From NCBI GenBank assembly GCA_018401705.1, contig JAGYKL010000008.1, positions 11,688 to 75,687 of the forward strand: DNA of 64,000 bases, written 5' to 3'. The stretch is from Bacteroidia bacterium (GTDB lineage Bacteria; Bacteroidota; Bacteroidia; M30B66). The notes under the pieces are model-generated. The model was not told the DNA's origin, ran no database searches, and saw only the letters and a program-made list of their open reading frames with translations. A program made the translations under genes and the position numbers. This document shows, piece by piece, positions 8,703-18,571 of the stretch (its first letter is position 1; each line of letters starts with the position of its first letter).

Positions 8703-8729
8703 AAAAGGGTTTGAAAAAATTTTAAAGCT

Positions 8730-9173
8730 ATGACACTCGTAAAATTTAATCAAAAAGCAGGACGTCCGTCTTCTCCCGTATTCTCTAATCTTTTTCAAGA
8801 TCTTTTTGACAATGACAACTTCTTCAGGCCTTTTCCTGAAAGAAACAGCTTGCCAGCTGTAAACATCTCAGAAAACAACGAAAATTACCATTTGGAACTT
8901 TCGGCAGCTGGGTTCAGCAAGAACGAAGTAGAATTAACTGTTGAAGACAATACCTTAACAATTACAGGTAAAAGAGAAGAAAGACATGAAGAAAGCGAGC
9001 GTAAATTCAGCAGAAAAGAATTTAGCTTTCAAAACTTCAAAAGAAGTTTCAGTTTGCCAGAAAATGTAAATCAAGATAGCATTAAAGCTAGTTTTGAGAA
9101 TGGCATTCTAACAATTGAGCTTCCTAAGAAGATTGAGGAACAAAAACAAAGCAGAAAGATAGAGTTGGTTTAA
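8730..9173 (+). CDS. Hsp20/alpha-crystallin small heat-shock protein
   Basis: PAVNISE, LTITG, FKRSFSLPE and A.FENGILTIELPK motifs. Confidence 0.96.
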   Translation: MTLVKFNQKAGRPSSPVFSNLFQDLFDNDNFFRPFPERNSLPAVNISENNENYHLELSAAGFSKNEVELTVEDNTLTITGKREERHEESERKFSRKEFSFQNFKRSFSLPENVNQDSIKASFENGILTIELPKKIEEQKQSRKIELV

Positions 9174-9196
9174 AATTGCTTATTTAGAATTGGTTG

Positions 9197-9226
9197 GGCA
9201 ATCATCGCAAGATGATTGCCTTTTTT
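9197..9226 (+). terminator. Intrinsic terminator after hsp20
   Basis: GGCAATCATC-GCAA-GATGATTGCC perfect 10-bp stem followed by T6. Confidence 0.92.
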
Positions 9227-9247
9227 ATTACTTTAAACCTTTCAATC

Positions 9248-10177
9248 ATGGCTAAAGAGTTAATTTGGTTTTTACTTGTCAATCCCGCCGCAGGCGGAGG
9301 AATGGCGATTAAGAAACTGCCTAAAATTGAAAATGCGCTTAAGAATGAAGGCATTAAGTACTTGATAGCGAAAACTCATCACGCCGGCGAGGCGAATATT
9401 ATAATACAAGAAGCCATTATTGAGGGTTATAGAAATTTTCTTATTGCGGGAGGCGACGGAACCCTAAATGAAGTTGTAAATGGAATTATGTCTCAGACTT
9501 CAGCTGTGCCTGAGGAGATAACAATTGCTCAACTTCCAGTTGGAACTGGAAATGATTGGAGAAGAACATGGAATCTTCCAAAAACAATAAATGAATGCAT
9601 AGCACTATTAAAGCATGGAAAACGAGTACTCCATGATGTAGGTGAAATAAACTACACAGAGAGTCTTGAATTAAAAATCTTATGGTTTATAAATATTGCC
9701 GGGATTGGATTTGATGCAAAAGTTGCTTATGCTGCAAATATTCAGAAAGAAAAAGGAAACAGTGGATTGCATGTTTATTTAAGTGAGCTTATTAAATCAC
9801 TCATTTCATTTAAGGAACCTGAATTTGCAGTTAGCACCGACTCTAAAACACTTACTTTTGAAGGCTTTACAGTATTAGCAGGAATTTGTAGATATGCTGG
9901 AAACAAAATGAAACTAGTGCCAGATGCAGATCCTCAAGACCGCTTACTAAGTGTGGTTTTAGTTAAAAAGCTAACTAAACTCAAAATCATTAGGAATCTG
10001 CCCAAATTGTTTAGTGGGAAATTCATTCAGCTGTCTGAAGTGAGCAACTTTCATTGCAAGGAAATTATCATAAAAAGCAATCCTCCTTTTTTTATGCAAG
10101 TAGATGGCGAATCAAAAGGAAAATCTCCTGTAAAAATTAAAGTTGCGGAGCATCAAATTTCTGTAATCGTACCATAA
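9248..10177 (+). CDS. Diacylglycerol/lipid kinase family protein (YegS/DgkB-like)
   Basis: VNPAAGGG, AGGDGTLNEVVNG, LPVGTGND, QVDGE. Start placed at ATG 9248 because 9194 lies just before the hsp20 terminator. Confidence 0.9.
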   Translation: MAKELIWFLLVNPAAGGGMAIKKLPKIENALKNEGIKYLIAKTHHAGEANIIIQEAIIEGYRNFLIAGGDGTLNEVVNGIMSQTSAVPEEITIAQLPVGTGNDWRRTWNLPKTINECIALLKHGKRVLHDVGEINYTESLELKILWFINIAGIGFDAKVAYAANIQKEKGNSGLHVYLSELIKSLISFKEPEFAVSTDSKTLTFEGFTVLAGICRYAGNKMKLVPDADPQDRLLSVVLVKKLTKLKIIRNLPKLFSGKFIQLSEVSNFHCKEIIIKSNPPFFMQVDGESKGKSPVKIKVAEHQISVIVP

Positions 10178-10178
10178 T

Positions 10179-10550
10179 ATGTTTTTCAGAAAGAAAGAAA
10201 TAAAATGGTTTCTACTTTTCAGTTCTGAAGAGAAAGCTGAGGAGAATCTTCCTTTAAATAAGGCGGTTTTGATTGAGGTTGATAACATACAGCTTTGTAT
10301 AGTAAGGCATGAAGAAGGTTATTTTGTCACAAACAATAAATGTCCTCACCAAGGCTTGCCCTTAAACAGAGGAGGATTCTGTGAAAACGGCAAGATGATT
10401 TGTCCTTTTCATCGCTACGAATGGGATATCAAAACTGGCAGGGAAACCAGAAAACAAGAAAACAATATGGAAGTCTATCCAATAAAAGTGGATAAGAATG
10501 GGATTTCAATAGGAATTGAAAAGAAAAGTGGTGGCTTCTTTTCTTTATAA
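10179..10550 (+). CDS. Rieske [2Fe-2S] ferredoxin
   Basis: CPHQG...CPFH Rieske ligand motifs and WDIKTG. Confidence 0.9.
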   Translation: MFFRKKEIKWFLLFSSEEKAEENLPLNKAVLIEVDNIQLCIVRHEEGYFVTNNKCPHQGLPLNRGGFCENGKMICPFHRYEWDIKTGRETRKQENNMEVYPIKVDKNGISIGIEKKSGGFFSL

Positions 10551-11378
10551 TTCATTTAAAGAGAAAGTTCTTTTAACCCGTATCCCTTTTTCAGTTTCTT
10601 CCAGTTCAGCGCATTCTGTATGAGCATCATGTTCGAAAAAAAGTACCCTGTTTTCTTCAACACAACGTTTTAAGACCTCTTGCTTCTCCTGCATTGTAAG
10701 TAGAGGCCTAGTATCATATGCCATTACCCAGGCAGTTGGCACATGCACTGGAGATGGAAGCAAATCAGCCATGTACATTAATTTCCTGCCTTTATATTCA
10801 ATAACAGGTAGCATCATAGACTCAGTATGTCCACTAACACGCTCTACTTCAAAACCATCAAAAAGTGTTGCCCCTTCGAGAAACTCTAAATGACCTGATT
10901 CTTGTATTGGCAAAATATTCTCTTCCAGAAATGATGCTTTTTCGCGCGGGTTAGGATTTACAGCCCAATCCCAGTGATTTTTATCAGACCAAAAGCGAGC
11001 ATTTTTAAATGCGGGAGAAAGTATTCCATTAGAATCCTTTTCAATGGCACCTCCACAATGATCAAAGTGCAAGTGGGTGAGGAAAACATCAGTAATATCA
11101 TTTCGGTGAAATCCGTATTTATTCAGAGAGCTGTCTAAGGAATCGTCACCGTGAAGATAATAGTAAGAAAAAAACTTCTCATTCTGCTTATTTCCCATTC
11201 CGGTGTCAATTAGAACTAGCCTTGATTCATGTTGAACTAGAAGACATCGAGTTGCCCATGAACACATATTGTTGTTATCGGCAGGATACGATTTACTCCA
11301 AAGAGACTTTGGCACAACACCAAACATGGCGCCTCCATCTAGCTTGAAATGTCCGGCATTTATAGGATAAACTTGCAT
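10545..11378 (-). CDS. MBL-fold metallo-hydrolase (YtnP-like)
   Basis: FKLDGGAMFGVVPK, THLHFDHCGG, GHT, ADLLP, FEHD. Start placed at ATG 11378. Confidence 0.92.
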   Translation of the reverse strand: MQVYPINAGHFKLDGGAMFGVVPKSLWSKSYPADNNNMCSWATRCLLVQHESRLVLIDTGMGNKQNEKFFSYYYLHGDDSLDSSLNKYGFHRNDITDVFLTHLHFDHCGGAIEKDSNGILSPAFKNARFWSDKNHWDWAVNPNPREKASFLEENILPIQESGHLEFLEGATLFDGFEVERVSGHTESMMLPVIEYKGRKLMYMADLLPSPVHVPTAWVMAYDTRPLLTMQEKQEVLKRCVEENRVLFFEHDAHTECAELEETEKGIRVKRTFSLNEL

Positions 11379-11507
11379 AAAATGAAAATTGTGATTGGTA
11401 ATGCTTGGCAAGATAGCATGAACATCACAAATGAGTGTTCACAAATTCCTCATTACAAGAAATTGGGCTCTGCAATTGGATTTATTTTTGAAGCAAAGTT
11501 TTTTTAT

Positions 11508-12872
11508 ATGAAGGTTCACTTTATTGCTATTGGGGGAAGTGCGATGCATAATCTTGCATTAGCGATGCATAAGAAAGGCATGACAGTTACGGGTTCTGAC
11601 GATGAAATAGTTGAGCCTTCAAAAAGCAGACTTGAAAAAGCAGGTATTCTTCCGGCGCAGCCGGGATGGTATCCTGAAAAAATAAACAACGAATTAGATG
11701 CCGTTATTCTTGGAATGCATGCAAGAATAGACAATCCAGAACTTGTAAAAGCTCAGGAATTAGGTTTAAGGATTTTCTCTTATCCTGGTTATATTTATGA
11801 GCAAAGCAAGGAGAAAACCAGAATTGTGATTGGAGGAAGTCATGGTAAGACCAGTATAACTGCCATGATACTTCATGTACTTGGAGAAAATGAGAAAGCA
11901 ACAGATTATTTGGTTGGAGCCCAGTTAAAAGGCTACGATACAATGGTTAAGATTACTAAAGAAGCTCCATACATTTTGTTAGAAGGGGACGAATATCTTT
12001 CTTCTCCAATAGAACGAGTTCCAAAATTTCATTTGTACCATCCTCATATTGCAGTTTTGAGTGGCATTGCCTGGGATCATATTAATGTATTCCCAACATT
12101 TGATAATTACCTCGAGCAATTCAGGAAGTTTGTTTCTCTCATAGAAGAAGACGGCGTTCTCTTTTATTTTGATGGAGATGAAGAATTATGCAAAATAGCT
12201 AATGAGAGCTCTAGAAAAGATATTCGCTTTGTGGCTTACAAAGAGCATCCTTCAATGATAAGAAACGGAATTACTTACCTTACAACAGATATTGGTGATG
12301 TTGAATTAAAGATTTTCGGGAGACACAATTTGCAGAATCTAATGGCAGCCATGTTGGTTTGCGAAGAAGCAGGAGTTAAGAAAGAAGACTTTTATCGCAG
12401 TATATCAACATTTGAGGGAGCGGCAAGAAGACTTGAGCCTATTTTCAGGGGCAAGAACACCCAAGTATTTAAGGATTTTGCTCATTCTCCTTCAAAACTT
12501 AAAGCAACAACCGAAGCAGTTAAATCTCAATTTCCAGAAAAAAAACTAATAGCTTGCATGGAGCTTCATACTTTCAGCAGTTTAAATGCTGAATTTTTAG
12601 AGGAGTATAAAGGCGCGATGTCATCGGCCGATGAGGCCATAGTATATTTTAACCCACATACTGTTGCACATAAAAAGCTGGCTGAAATTACCATAGAGCA
12701 GGTTAAAGCAGCATTTAATGATGATGCTTTAATAGTATATAAAAAATCAAGTGAGGTTTTGGACAAACTTAAGTCAAGCGATCTAAAAGATTCGGTCTTG
12801 CTAATGATGAGTTCAGGGAATTTTGATGGATTAAACTACGAGGAGCTTCCAGATTTGCTAAATTTAGACTAG
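11508..12872 (+). CDS. mpl: Mur ligase, Mpl/MurC-like murein peptide ligase
   Basis: MKVHFIAIGGSAM, GSHGKTS, EGDEY, DHIN, DFAHSP. Start placed at ATG 11508. Confidence 0.82.
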   Translation: MKVHFIAIGGSAMHNLALAMHKKGMTVTGSDDEIVEPSKSRLEKAGILPAQPGWYPEKINNELDAVILGMHARIDNPELVKAQELGLRIFSYPGYIYEQSKEKTRIVIGGSHGKTSITAMILHVLGENEKATDYLVGAQLKGYDTMVKITKEAPYILLEGDEYLSSPIERVPKFHLYHPHIAVLSGIAWDHINVFPTFDNYLEQFRKFVSLIEEDGVLFYFDGDEELCKIANESSRKDIRFVAYKEHPSMIRNGITYLTTDIGDVELKIFGRHNLQNLMAAMLVCEEAGVKKEDFYRSISTFEGAARRLEPIFRGKNTQVFKDFAHSPSKLKATTEAVKSQFPEKKLIACMELHTFSSLNAEFLEEYKGAMSSADEAIVYFNPHTVAHKKLAEITIEQVKAAFNDDALIVYKKSSEVLDKLKSSDLKDSVLLMMSSGNFDGLNYEELPDLLNLD

Positions 12873-13379
12873 AGGCTTAGCAGCCGGATATTTTCTTGTC
12901 ATCATTCTGGCAATTGCACCAGCATAAAAAACTGAAATAATCATTAAGCCTATAAAAGTAAATAACACCCAGGTCATTGCGAAAGGGAAATCTTCAGCAC
13001 CTTTAATCCAAGCATCGATATCTACCTGAGGGGTATCCGACTTTTTTAGTTCTTCAACTCTTTTTGCAATAAAGCTATCTCTAAATCCAAGGTCTATAGA
13101 CGTGATATACAGATAAATGAACAAGGAATAAAGCAAAGTAAAGAGAGTTGCTACTGACATGCCTATTTTAAAAACGGGCATGAAAGTAAGTCCATTGGGG
13201 AAGTCAGCTTTTCGTCTTGCATCAACTGCGCGATACATACCAATTAGTAATAGGCCAAAAACGAGAAGTAAGGGATATTTCCCTAAAAAGGATTCATTTA
13301 ATCCTGTTAGCAGCAATCCTGTTTTCCAGATAACAGATATTGCAAAAACGAGAAGGGTGAATTTAGTTTCCGGTTTCAA
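12864..13379 (-). CDS. DUF4199-like membrane protein
   Basis: TTG start 2 nt after the rho stop; four hydrophobic segments; F...FKIG..V and YLYITSID pattern. Confidence 0.65.
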   Translation of the reverse strand: MKPETKFTLLVFAISVIWKTGLLLTGLNESFLGKYPLLLVFGLLLIGMYRAVDARRKADFPNGLTFMPVFKIGMSVATLFTLLYSLFIYLYITSIDLGFRDSFIAKRVEELKKSDTPQVDIDAWIKGAEDFPFAMTWVLFTFIGLMIISVFYAGAIARMMTRKYPAAKPLV

Positions 13380-13381
13380 TA

Positions 13382-15328
13382 TTAGCTATTCATTGAGATG
13401 AGGAACTCATCATTATTTCTGGTGCCTGCCATTTGCTTTCTAATGAACTCCATTGCTTCAATGGTATTCATATCACTTAAGTGATTCCTTAAAATCCACA
13501 TGCGTTGCATGGTTTCCTTATCAACAAGGAGATCATCCCTTCGGGTTGAAGAAGCTATGAGATCAATCGCAGGGAATACGCGTTTATTTGCAAGCTTTCT
13601 ATCAAGTTGAAGTTCCATGTTACCGGTTCCTTTGAATTCTTCAAAGATAACTTCATCCATTTTAGAACCTGTATCTATAAGAGCAGTTGCCAGGATAGTT
13701 AATGAACCACCTTTTTCTATTTTACGAGCAGCTCCAAAGAATCTTTTTGGTTTATGCAGAGCATTTGCATCTACTCCACCTGAAAGCACTTTCCCGGAAG
13801 CCGGCTGAACAGTATTATAGGCTCTAGCGAGACGAGTTATTGAGTCGAGTAGGATAACAACATCGTGCCCGCATTCTACCATTCGCTTTGCCTTTTCTAA
13901 TACAATATTTGCGATTTTGACGTGACGATCAGCTGGCTCATCAAAAGTAGAAGATACTACCTCAGCTCTGACACTTCTTGCCATATCAGTAACCTCTTCA
14001 GGTCGTTCATCAACAAGAAGAATGATAAGATAAACTTCAGGGTGATTAGCGGCAATTGCATTTGCAACTTCCTTAAGTAACACAGTTTTACCCGTTTTTG
14101 GCTGAGCAACTATTAGTCCACGTTGGCCTTTACCGATGGGTGTGAACAAATCCATTACTCTTGTAGAAAGTGTTCCATCCTTGTGACCTGTGAGTTTTAA
14201 TTTTTCATCAGGGAACATAGGTGTTAAGTAGTCAAAAGGTACACGATCTCTTACAAAGGCAGGATCACGGCCATTGATTTTCTCAATTTTGGTCAAAGGA
14301 AAATACTTTTCCCCTTCTTTAGGAGCTCTAACATATCCATCAATTGTATCTCCAGTCTTTAAACCATGCAGCTTAATTTGACCTTGAGAAACATAAACAT
14401 CATCTGGAGACGACAAATAGTTAAAATCAGAAGAACGTAAAAAGCCGTAACCATCAGGCATGAGCTCAAGAACCCCTTCTGTTTCTACAAATAAGTCTGG
14501 AGAGCTAAGTAAATCGGGACTCTGATCAGTTTGCTGATTTGGCTGATTGCGATTGCCTTGCGGCTGATGTCTAGGATTATTTTGTCTATTGGAATTATCT
14601 TTCCACTGCTGATTCTGCTGAGGGGGTCTATTCTGAGCTTGTGGATTTTGATTATGTTGACTTGATTGCGGATTATTTTGAATGCTTTGGCCCGATTGAG
14701 GATTATATTGATTTTGCTGAGGTTTCGGATTAGCATTCTCAGCAACTACTTCTTTTGGTTTATCAGGAGATTTATCATGAATATCCTGCTCAATTCTTTT
14801 CTCGAAAGGAGTTCTTGATCTTCTGCCTCTTCTCTCATGCTGAATTGATGTTGAAGAGTCATCATCTTTCTTAATGACTTCTAAAGGTCTTTGATTTGAT
14901 GGTGACTTTGGAGCTTCTGCAGCAACTTCTTCCTGTCTAATCTTGACTTCAGGTTTAGAATCTTCAGCTACTTTCTTCTTAGGTCTACCTTTAGGTTTAG
15001 GAGCCACTTTTTCAGATTTGGGATTAGGAGTATCGGCGTTGGACATAGCCTGAGAAGCCATTTTTCTGACTTCTTCGGGATTAAGGCCAAGGCGAATATT
15101 CTCTACTTTTTTTTCGCTTCCCGATTCTATAGGAGAAGTCTTGTCTGAAGTTGATTTTTCTTGCTTTTTCAATCTTGCGGCTTCATTAGGTTTAAGTGCC
15201 TGTTCATCGAGAATTCTGTATACCAGATCTTTCTTCTTTAGCGATTCTATTTTCGATATGCCAAGATTCTCGGCAATTTTGCGTAAATCACCAACAAGTT
15301 TGGCATTGAGCTCCAAAATGTCGTACAT
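13382..15328 (-). CDS. rho: Transcription termination factor Rho with long N-terminal insertion
   Basis: [62 protein letters not shown]. Start placed at ATG 15328 (MYDILEL). Confidence 0.98.
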   Translation of the reverse strand: MYDILELNAKLVGDLRKIAENLGISKIESLKKKDLVYRILDEQALKPNEAARLKKQEKSTSDKTSPIESGSEKKVENIRLGLNPEEVRKMASQAMSNADTPNPKSEKVAPKPKGRPKKKVAEDSKPEVKIRQEEVAAEAPKSPSNQRPLEVIKKDDDSSTSIQHERRGRRSRTPFEKRIEQDIHDKSPDKPKEVVAENANPKPQQNQYNPQSGQSIQNNPQSSQHNQNPQAQNRPPQQNQQWKDNSNRQNNPRHQPQGNRNQPNQQTDQSPDLLSSPDLFVETEGVLELMPDGYGFLRSSDFNYLSSPDDVYVSQGQIKLHGLKTGDTIDGYVRAPKEGEKYFPLTKIEKINGRDPAFVRDRVPFDYLTPMFPDEKLKLTGHKDGTLSTRVMDLFTPIGKGQRGLIVAQPKTGKTVLLKEVANAIAANHPEVYLIILLVDERPEEVTDMARSVRAEVVSSTFDEPADRHVKIANIVLEKAKRMVECGHDVVILLDSITRLARAYNTVQPASGKVLSGGVDANALHKPKRFFGAARKIEKGGSLTILATALIDTGSKMDEVIFEEFKGTGNMELQLDRKLANKRVFPAIDLIASSTRRDDLLVDKETMQRMWILRNHLSDMNTIEAMEFIRKQMAGTRNNDEFLISMNS

Positions 15329-15555
15329 GGAAATATCCTTAATGTTATGTGGATACGGTTGAATTAAATTTTTTTTGGGGGTTGAACGAGTTGATTTGTT
15401 GAAAATCAAAGTCATTCAATGCTTATTCTGAAATATAATTGCGAATAAACCGACTGCAATAATACAACATTTTATTTTCTGAAACAGATCTATTGATTTT
15501 TTCTAAGGAAAACTTAGCAGCTTGTCTATTTTTGCAGTCCTTTACGAGTTAAATT

Positions 15556-16026
15556 ATGATTCAGCGTATTCAGAGCCTTTATTTTTTCATGGCTTCCTTG
15601 AGCATGGCAATTCTTACTGCATCGCCATTGTACACAACGGAAGCATTGGGTAAAAAATATACAGTATTTGTTGGAGGATTATTGCAAACTGAGTTGGGCA
15701 AGGACGAAGTAATAAATTCGCAGGCTGGCATTTTTGCTGTTAATTTATTACTTGCATTAATGCCATTAGTGGCAATTTTTCTTTTTAAAAACAGGAAGTT
15801 TCAATTAAAACTTTCATCTTCTGCTATGCTTTCATTTACAGTGTTTGTAATTCTCATGGCAGTTACAATTAGCGAAAACATGAAATTAGTAGAAGGTTTT
15901 GAAGGCCAAGGGAATTATTCATGGGGCATTGCACTTCCATTTGTTGCGGTTATATTTTTATTTCTTGCAAGTAGAGCAATTCGAAAAGATGAGAATCTTA
16001 TCAAATCGGCAGATCGCTTAAGATAG
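15556..16026 (+). CDS. DUF4293 family membrane protein
   Basis: MIQRIQSLY, AIFLFKNRK.Q and A.RAIRKDE.LIKSADRLR signature; divergent from rho. Confidence 0.88.
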   Translation: MIQRIQSLYFFMASLSMAILTASPLYTTEALGKKYTVFVGGLLQTELGKDEVINSQAGIFAVNLLLALMPLVAIFLFKNRKFQLKLSSSAMLSFTVFVILMAVTISENMKLVEGFEGQGNYSWGIALPFVAVIFLFLASRAIRKDENLIKSADRLR

Positions 16027-16038
16027 AAATTCTTTCAG

Positions 16039-17478
16039 ATGCAAAAAAAGTTCATTCAGAACCTTGCCCTTTTACTCACTTTAAACCTGCTTATTAAGCC
16101 GTTTTGGATTCTTGGTATCGACCGAGCAGTTCAGCAGGAAGTAGGTACAGAAGCTTACGGGCTTTATTTTGCGATTTTCAATTTTTCCTTCTTGTTAAAT
16201 ATTCTCCTTGATTTTGGTATAACCAATTTCAACAACAAGAACATTGCTCAAAACAACCACCTGATTACCAAGCACTTTTCAAGCATTCTCGTTTTAAAAC
16301 TGATGCTTGGGGTTATGTTCATGGTAATAACTTTAATTGCTGGTTTTGTTATAGGATATAATTCCTATCAATTGGGATTGCTAGCAATAATGGGCATAAA
16401 CCAGTTTTTAGCTTTTATGATTATGTATTTGAGGTCGAATCTTGCTGGACTTCATTTATTTAAAACAGATAGTATCATTTCGGTTCTTGATAGGACCTTA
16501 ATGATTATTTTCTGTAGCATTCTGCTTTGGGGAAATGTAATAGATGGGCCATTTGAGATTGAATGGTTCATTTATACACAGACTCTTTCTTATTTGTTGA
16601 CTACCGCAATTACATTTCTGATTGTCATGCAGAAAGCTCACTTTAAGCGATTAAAGTGGAATAAGCCTTTCTTTTTTCTAATTCTAAAAAAGAGTTTTCC
16701 TTTTGCGATTCTGGTTTTGCTGATGACTTTCTATAATAGAGCAGATACGGTAATGCTTGAGAGAATATTACCAGATGGTGCTACTGAAAGTGGCATTTAT
16801 GCTTCTGCATACAGGCTCCTGGATGCAACGAATATGATTTCTTTTTTGTTTGCAGGCTTGCTATTGCCAATGTTTTCTAGAATGTTGCGCTTTAAGGAAT
16901 CAGTTGAAGACCTGGTAAAGCTTTCTTTTACTATTCTAATAACTCCTGCAATAATCATTACAACTGCCTGTATCTTTTACAGTTACGATATAATGGATTT
17001 GCTATATGCCGAGCATGTTCAAGAATCCTCGGAAGTATTCTCTATACTAATGTGTTGTTTTGTAGCGATTTCATTGACTTACATATTTGGCACCTTGTTA
17101 ACTGCAAATGGCAACCTTCTTCAGCTCAATATTATGGCAGCTTCGGGTATGATTTTCAATTTAAGTTTGAATCTTTTTTTGATTCCCTCCTTTCAAGCAC
17201 AGGGGGCAGCAATATCAAGCCTTATAACTCAGTTTGGAACGGCATTGCTTCAGATTTATTTGGTTCAACGATTATTCAAGTTTAAGATAAACACACGATT
17301 AATTCTTCAACTGGTCATCTTCATTCCTGGTGTAATTTTATTTGCTGTTATAAGCAAATGGATAATTCCTAATTGGATTCTAGGTTTACTATTAATGGGT
17401 GGAGCATCTGTAGGCCTAGCATTTATGACAGGACTTCTCCATATAAAATCCATTTTTAGAATACTCAAATACGGGTAA
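16039..17478 (+). CDS. wzx: Oligosaccharide flippase (Wzx/MOP superfamily)
   Basis: Multi-TM protein with LLDFGITNF, D.VML, GIYASAYRL and GAAISSL patterns. Confidence 0.85.
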   Translation: MQKKFIQNLALLLTLNLLIKPFWILGIDRAVQQEVGTEAYGLYFAIFNFSFLLNILLDFGITNFNNKNIAQNNHLITKHFSSILVLKLMLGVMFMVITLIAGFVIGYNSYQLGLLAIMGINQFLAFMIMYLRSNLAGLHLFKTDSIISVLDRTLMIIFCSILLWGNVIDGPFEIEWFIYTQTLSYLLTTAITFLIVMQKAHFKRLKWNKPFFFLILKKSFPFAILVLLMTFYNRADTVMLERILPDGATESGIYASAYRLLDATNMISFLFAGLLLPMFSRMLRFKESVEDLVKLSFTILITPAIIITTACIFYSYDIMDLLYAEHVQESSEVFSILMCCFVAISLTYIFGTLLTANGNLLQLNIMAASGMIFNLSLNLFLIPSFQAQGAAISSLITQFGTALLQIYLVQRLFKFKINTRLILQLVIFIPGVILFAVISKWIIPNWILGLLLMGGASVGLAFMTGLLHIKSIFRILKYG

Positions 17479-17545
17479 ATAAATTAATACGTTAAAGTGC
17501 TACTTTAGCAAACTTTCAAATTTAGCAAAGCATCATAAATAGATA

Positions 17546-18571
17546 ATGGAACAAAGTTCAACAGGAAGTTTATTTGACTCGACAAATCTGGTTATTTTTC
17601 TATGGAAGAAGAAAACACCAATAATCATAGCTACAGTTGTTGCAATAGTAGCATCTGTTATTTTTTCATCTGATTATTTCATACCACCGAGATTTAAATC
17701 TTCGGTGATTATGTTTCCAACAACGAATAGCTCAATCTCAAAATCACTACTTAGTGAAAATTCATTTGAGAAAGAGAACATTCTTCAATTTGGCGAGGAA
17801 GAGCAGGTGGAACAGATGCTTCAGATTCTAAACTCAGATGAGATTAGAGAAAGAATTATTGAGAAGTACGATTTAATGGGTCATTATCGTATTGACAAAA
17901 ACGGCAAGTATCCTCTCACAGAATTGAATAAGATGTTTGAAGAGAACATCTCATTTAACAGAACAGAATACCTTTCTGTTAGAATTGATGTAATGGATGA
18001 GGATCCTAATTTAGCAGCAGATATTGCCAATGAAATCTCAGCATTACTTGATACAGTTAAGACAAGAATGCAACATGACAGAGCTTTGCAGGCCTTAGCT
18101 ATCGTTCAAAAGGAATATCTTGATTTTACCAAATACCTCACTGCACGAGAGGATACGCTAAACAAGCTTAGAAATTTGGGAGTTTTAGATTATGATTCTC
18201 AGGTTGAACGTTTAAGTGAAGCCTATGGAAAAGCTTTGCTTACAAATAATCAAAAAGCAGTTAAAGAAATTGATGAGAAGCTAGCGATTTTAGCTCAATA
18301 TGGGGGCGTTTATACTTCCATTACCCAAGACATGGAACATGACAGGGAAGCATTGAGTCGTCTAAAAACAAAGTTTGAAGAGTCAAGAGTTGATGCAACT
18401 GATAAAATCCCTCATAAATTTGTGGTTAACCTAGCAAAGCCTTCAGAAAAGAAATCATATCCTGTTAGGTGGTTAATTGTATTGGTTTCGACACTTGCTA
18501 CTTTCTTACTTTCAGTGGTTACTGTGATTATCATAGAAAATATTCAAAGAATCAGGTCTCGATTTGAATAA
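17546..18571 (+). CDS. wzz: Wzz-like polysaccharide co-polymerase (chain-length determinant)
   Basis: N- and C-terminal TM helices around a periplasmic coiled coil; QILNSDEI, D.DP..AA.IAN, proline motif A.P.EKKSYP.R.LIV. Confidence 0.82.
   Translation: MEQSSTGSLFDSTNLVIFLWKKKTPIIIATVVAIVASVIFSSDYFIPPRFKSSVIMFPTTNSSISKSLLSENSFEKENILQFGEEEQVEQMLQILNSDEIRERIIEKYDLMGHYRIDKNGKYPLTELNKMFEENISFNRTEYLSVRIDVMDEDPNLAADIANEISALLDTVKTRMQHDRALQALAIVQKEYLDFTKYLTAREDTLNKLRNLGVLDYDSQVERLSEAYGKALLTNNQKAVKEIDEKLAILAQYGGVYTSITQDMEHDREALSRLKTKFEESRVDATDKIPHKFVVNLAKPSEKKSYPVRWLIVLVSTLATFLLSVVTVIIIENIQRIRSRFE

Noticed and set aside
8488-8729. CIRCE (HrcA) operator upstream of hsp20 or lon
   Set aside because: No TTAGCACTC-N9-GAGTGCTAA at either locus. 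A lone TAGCACTC half-site near 47091 has no partner arm.
11349-11507. N-terminal extensions in the ORF track (mpl from 11349, rho from 15415, lon from 32316, yugP from 8538, DAGK from 9194, esterase from 45344)
   Set aside because: They overlap promoters, terminators or neighbouring genes; family-typical N-termini begin at downstream ATGs.
15452-15539. Long-range inverted repeat GACTGCAA...TTGCAGTC between rho and DUF4293
   Set aside because: Explained by two divergent -7 promoter elements each followed by CAGTC. No recombinase is nearby to suggest an invertible segment.
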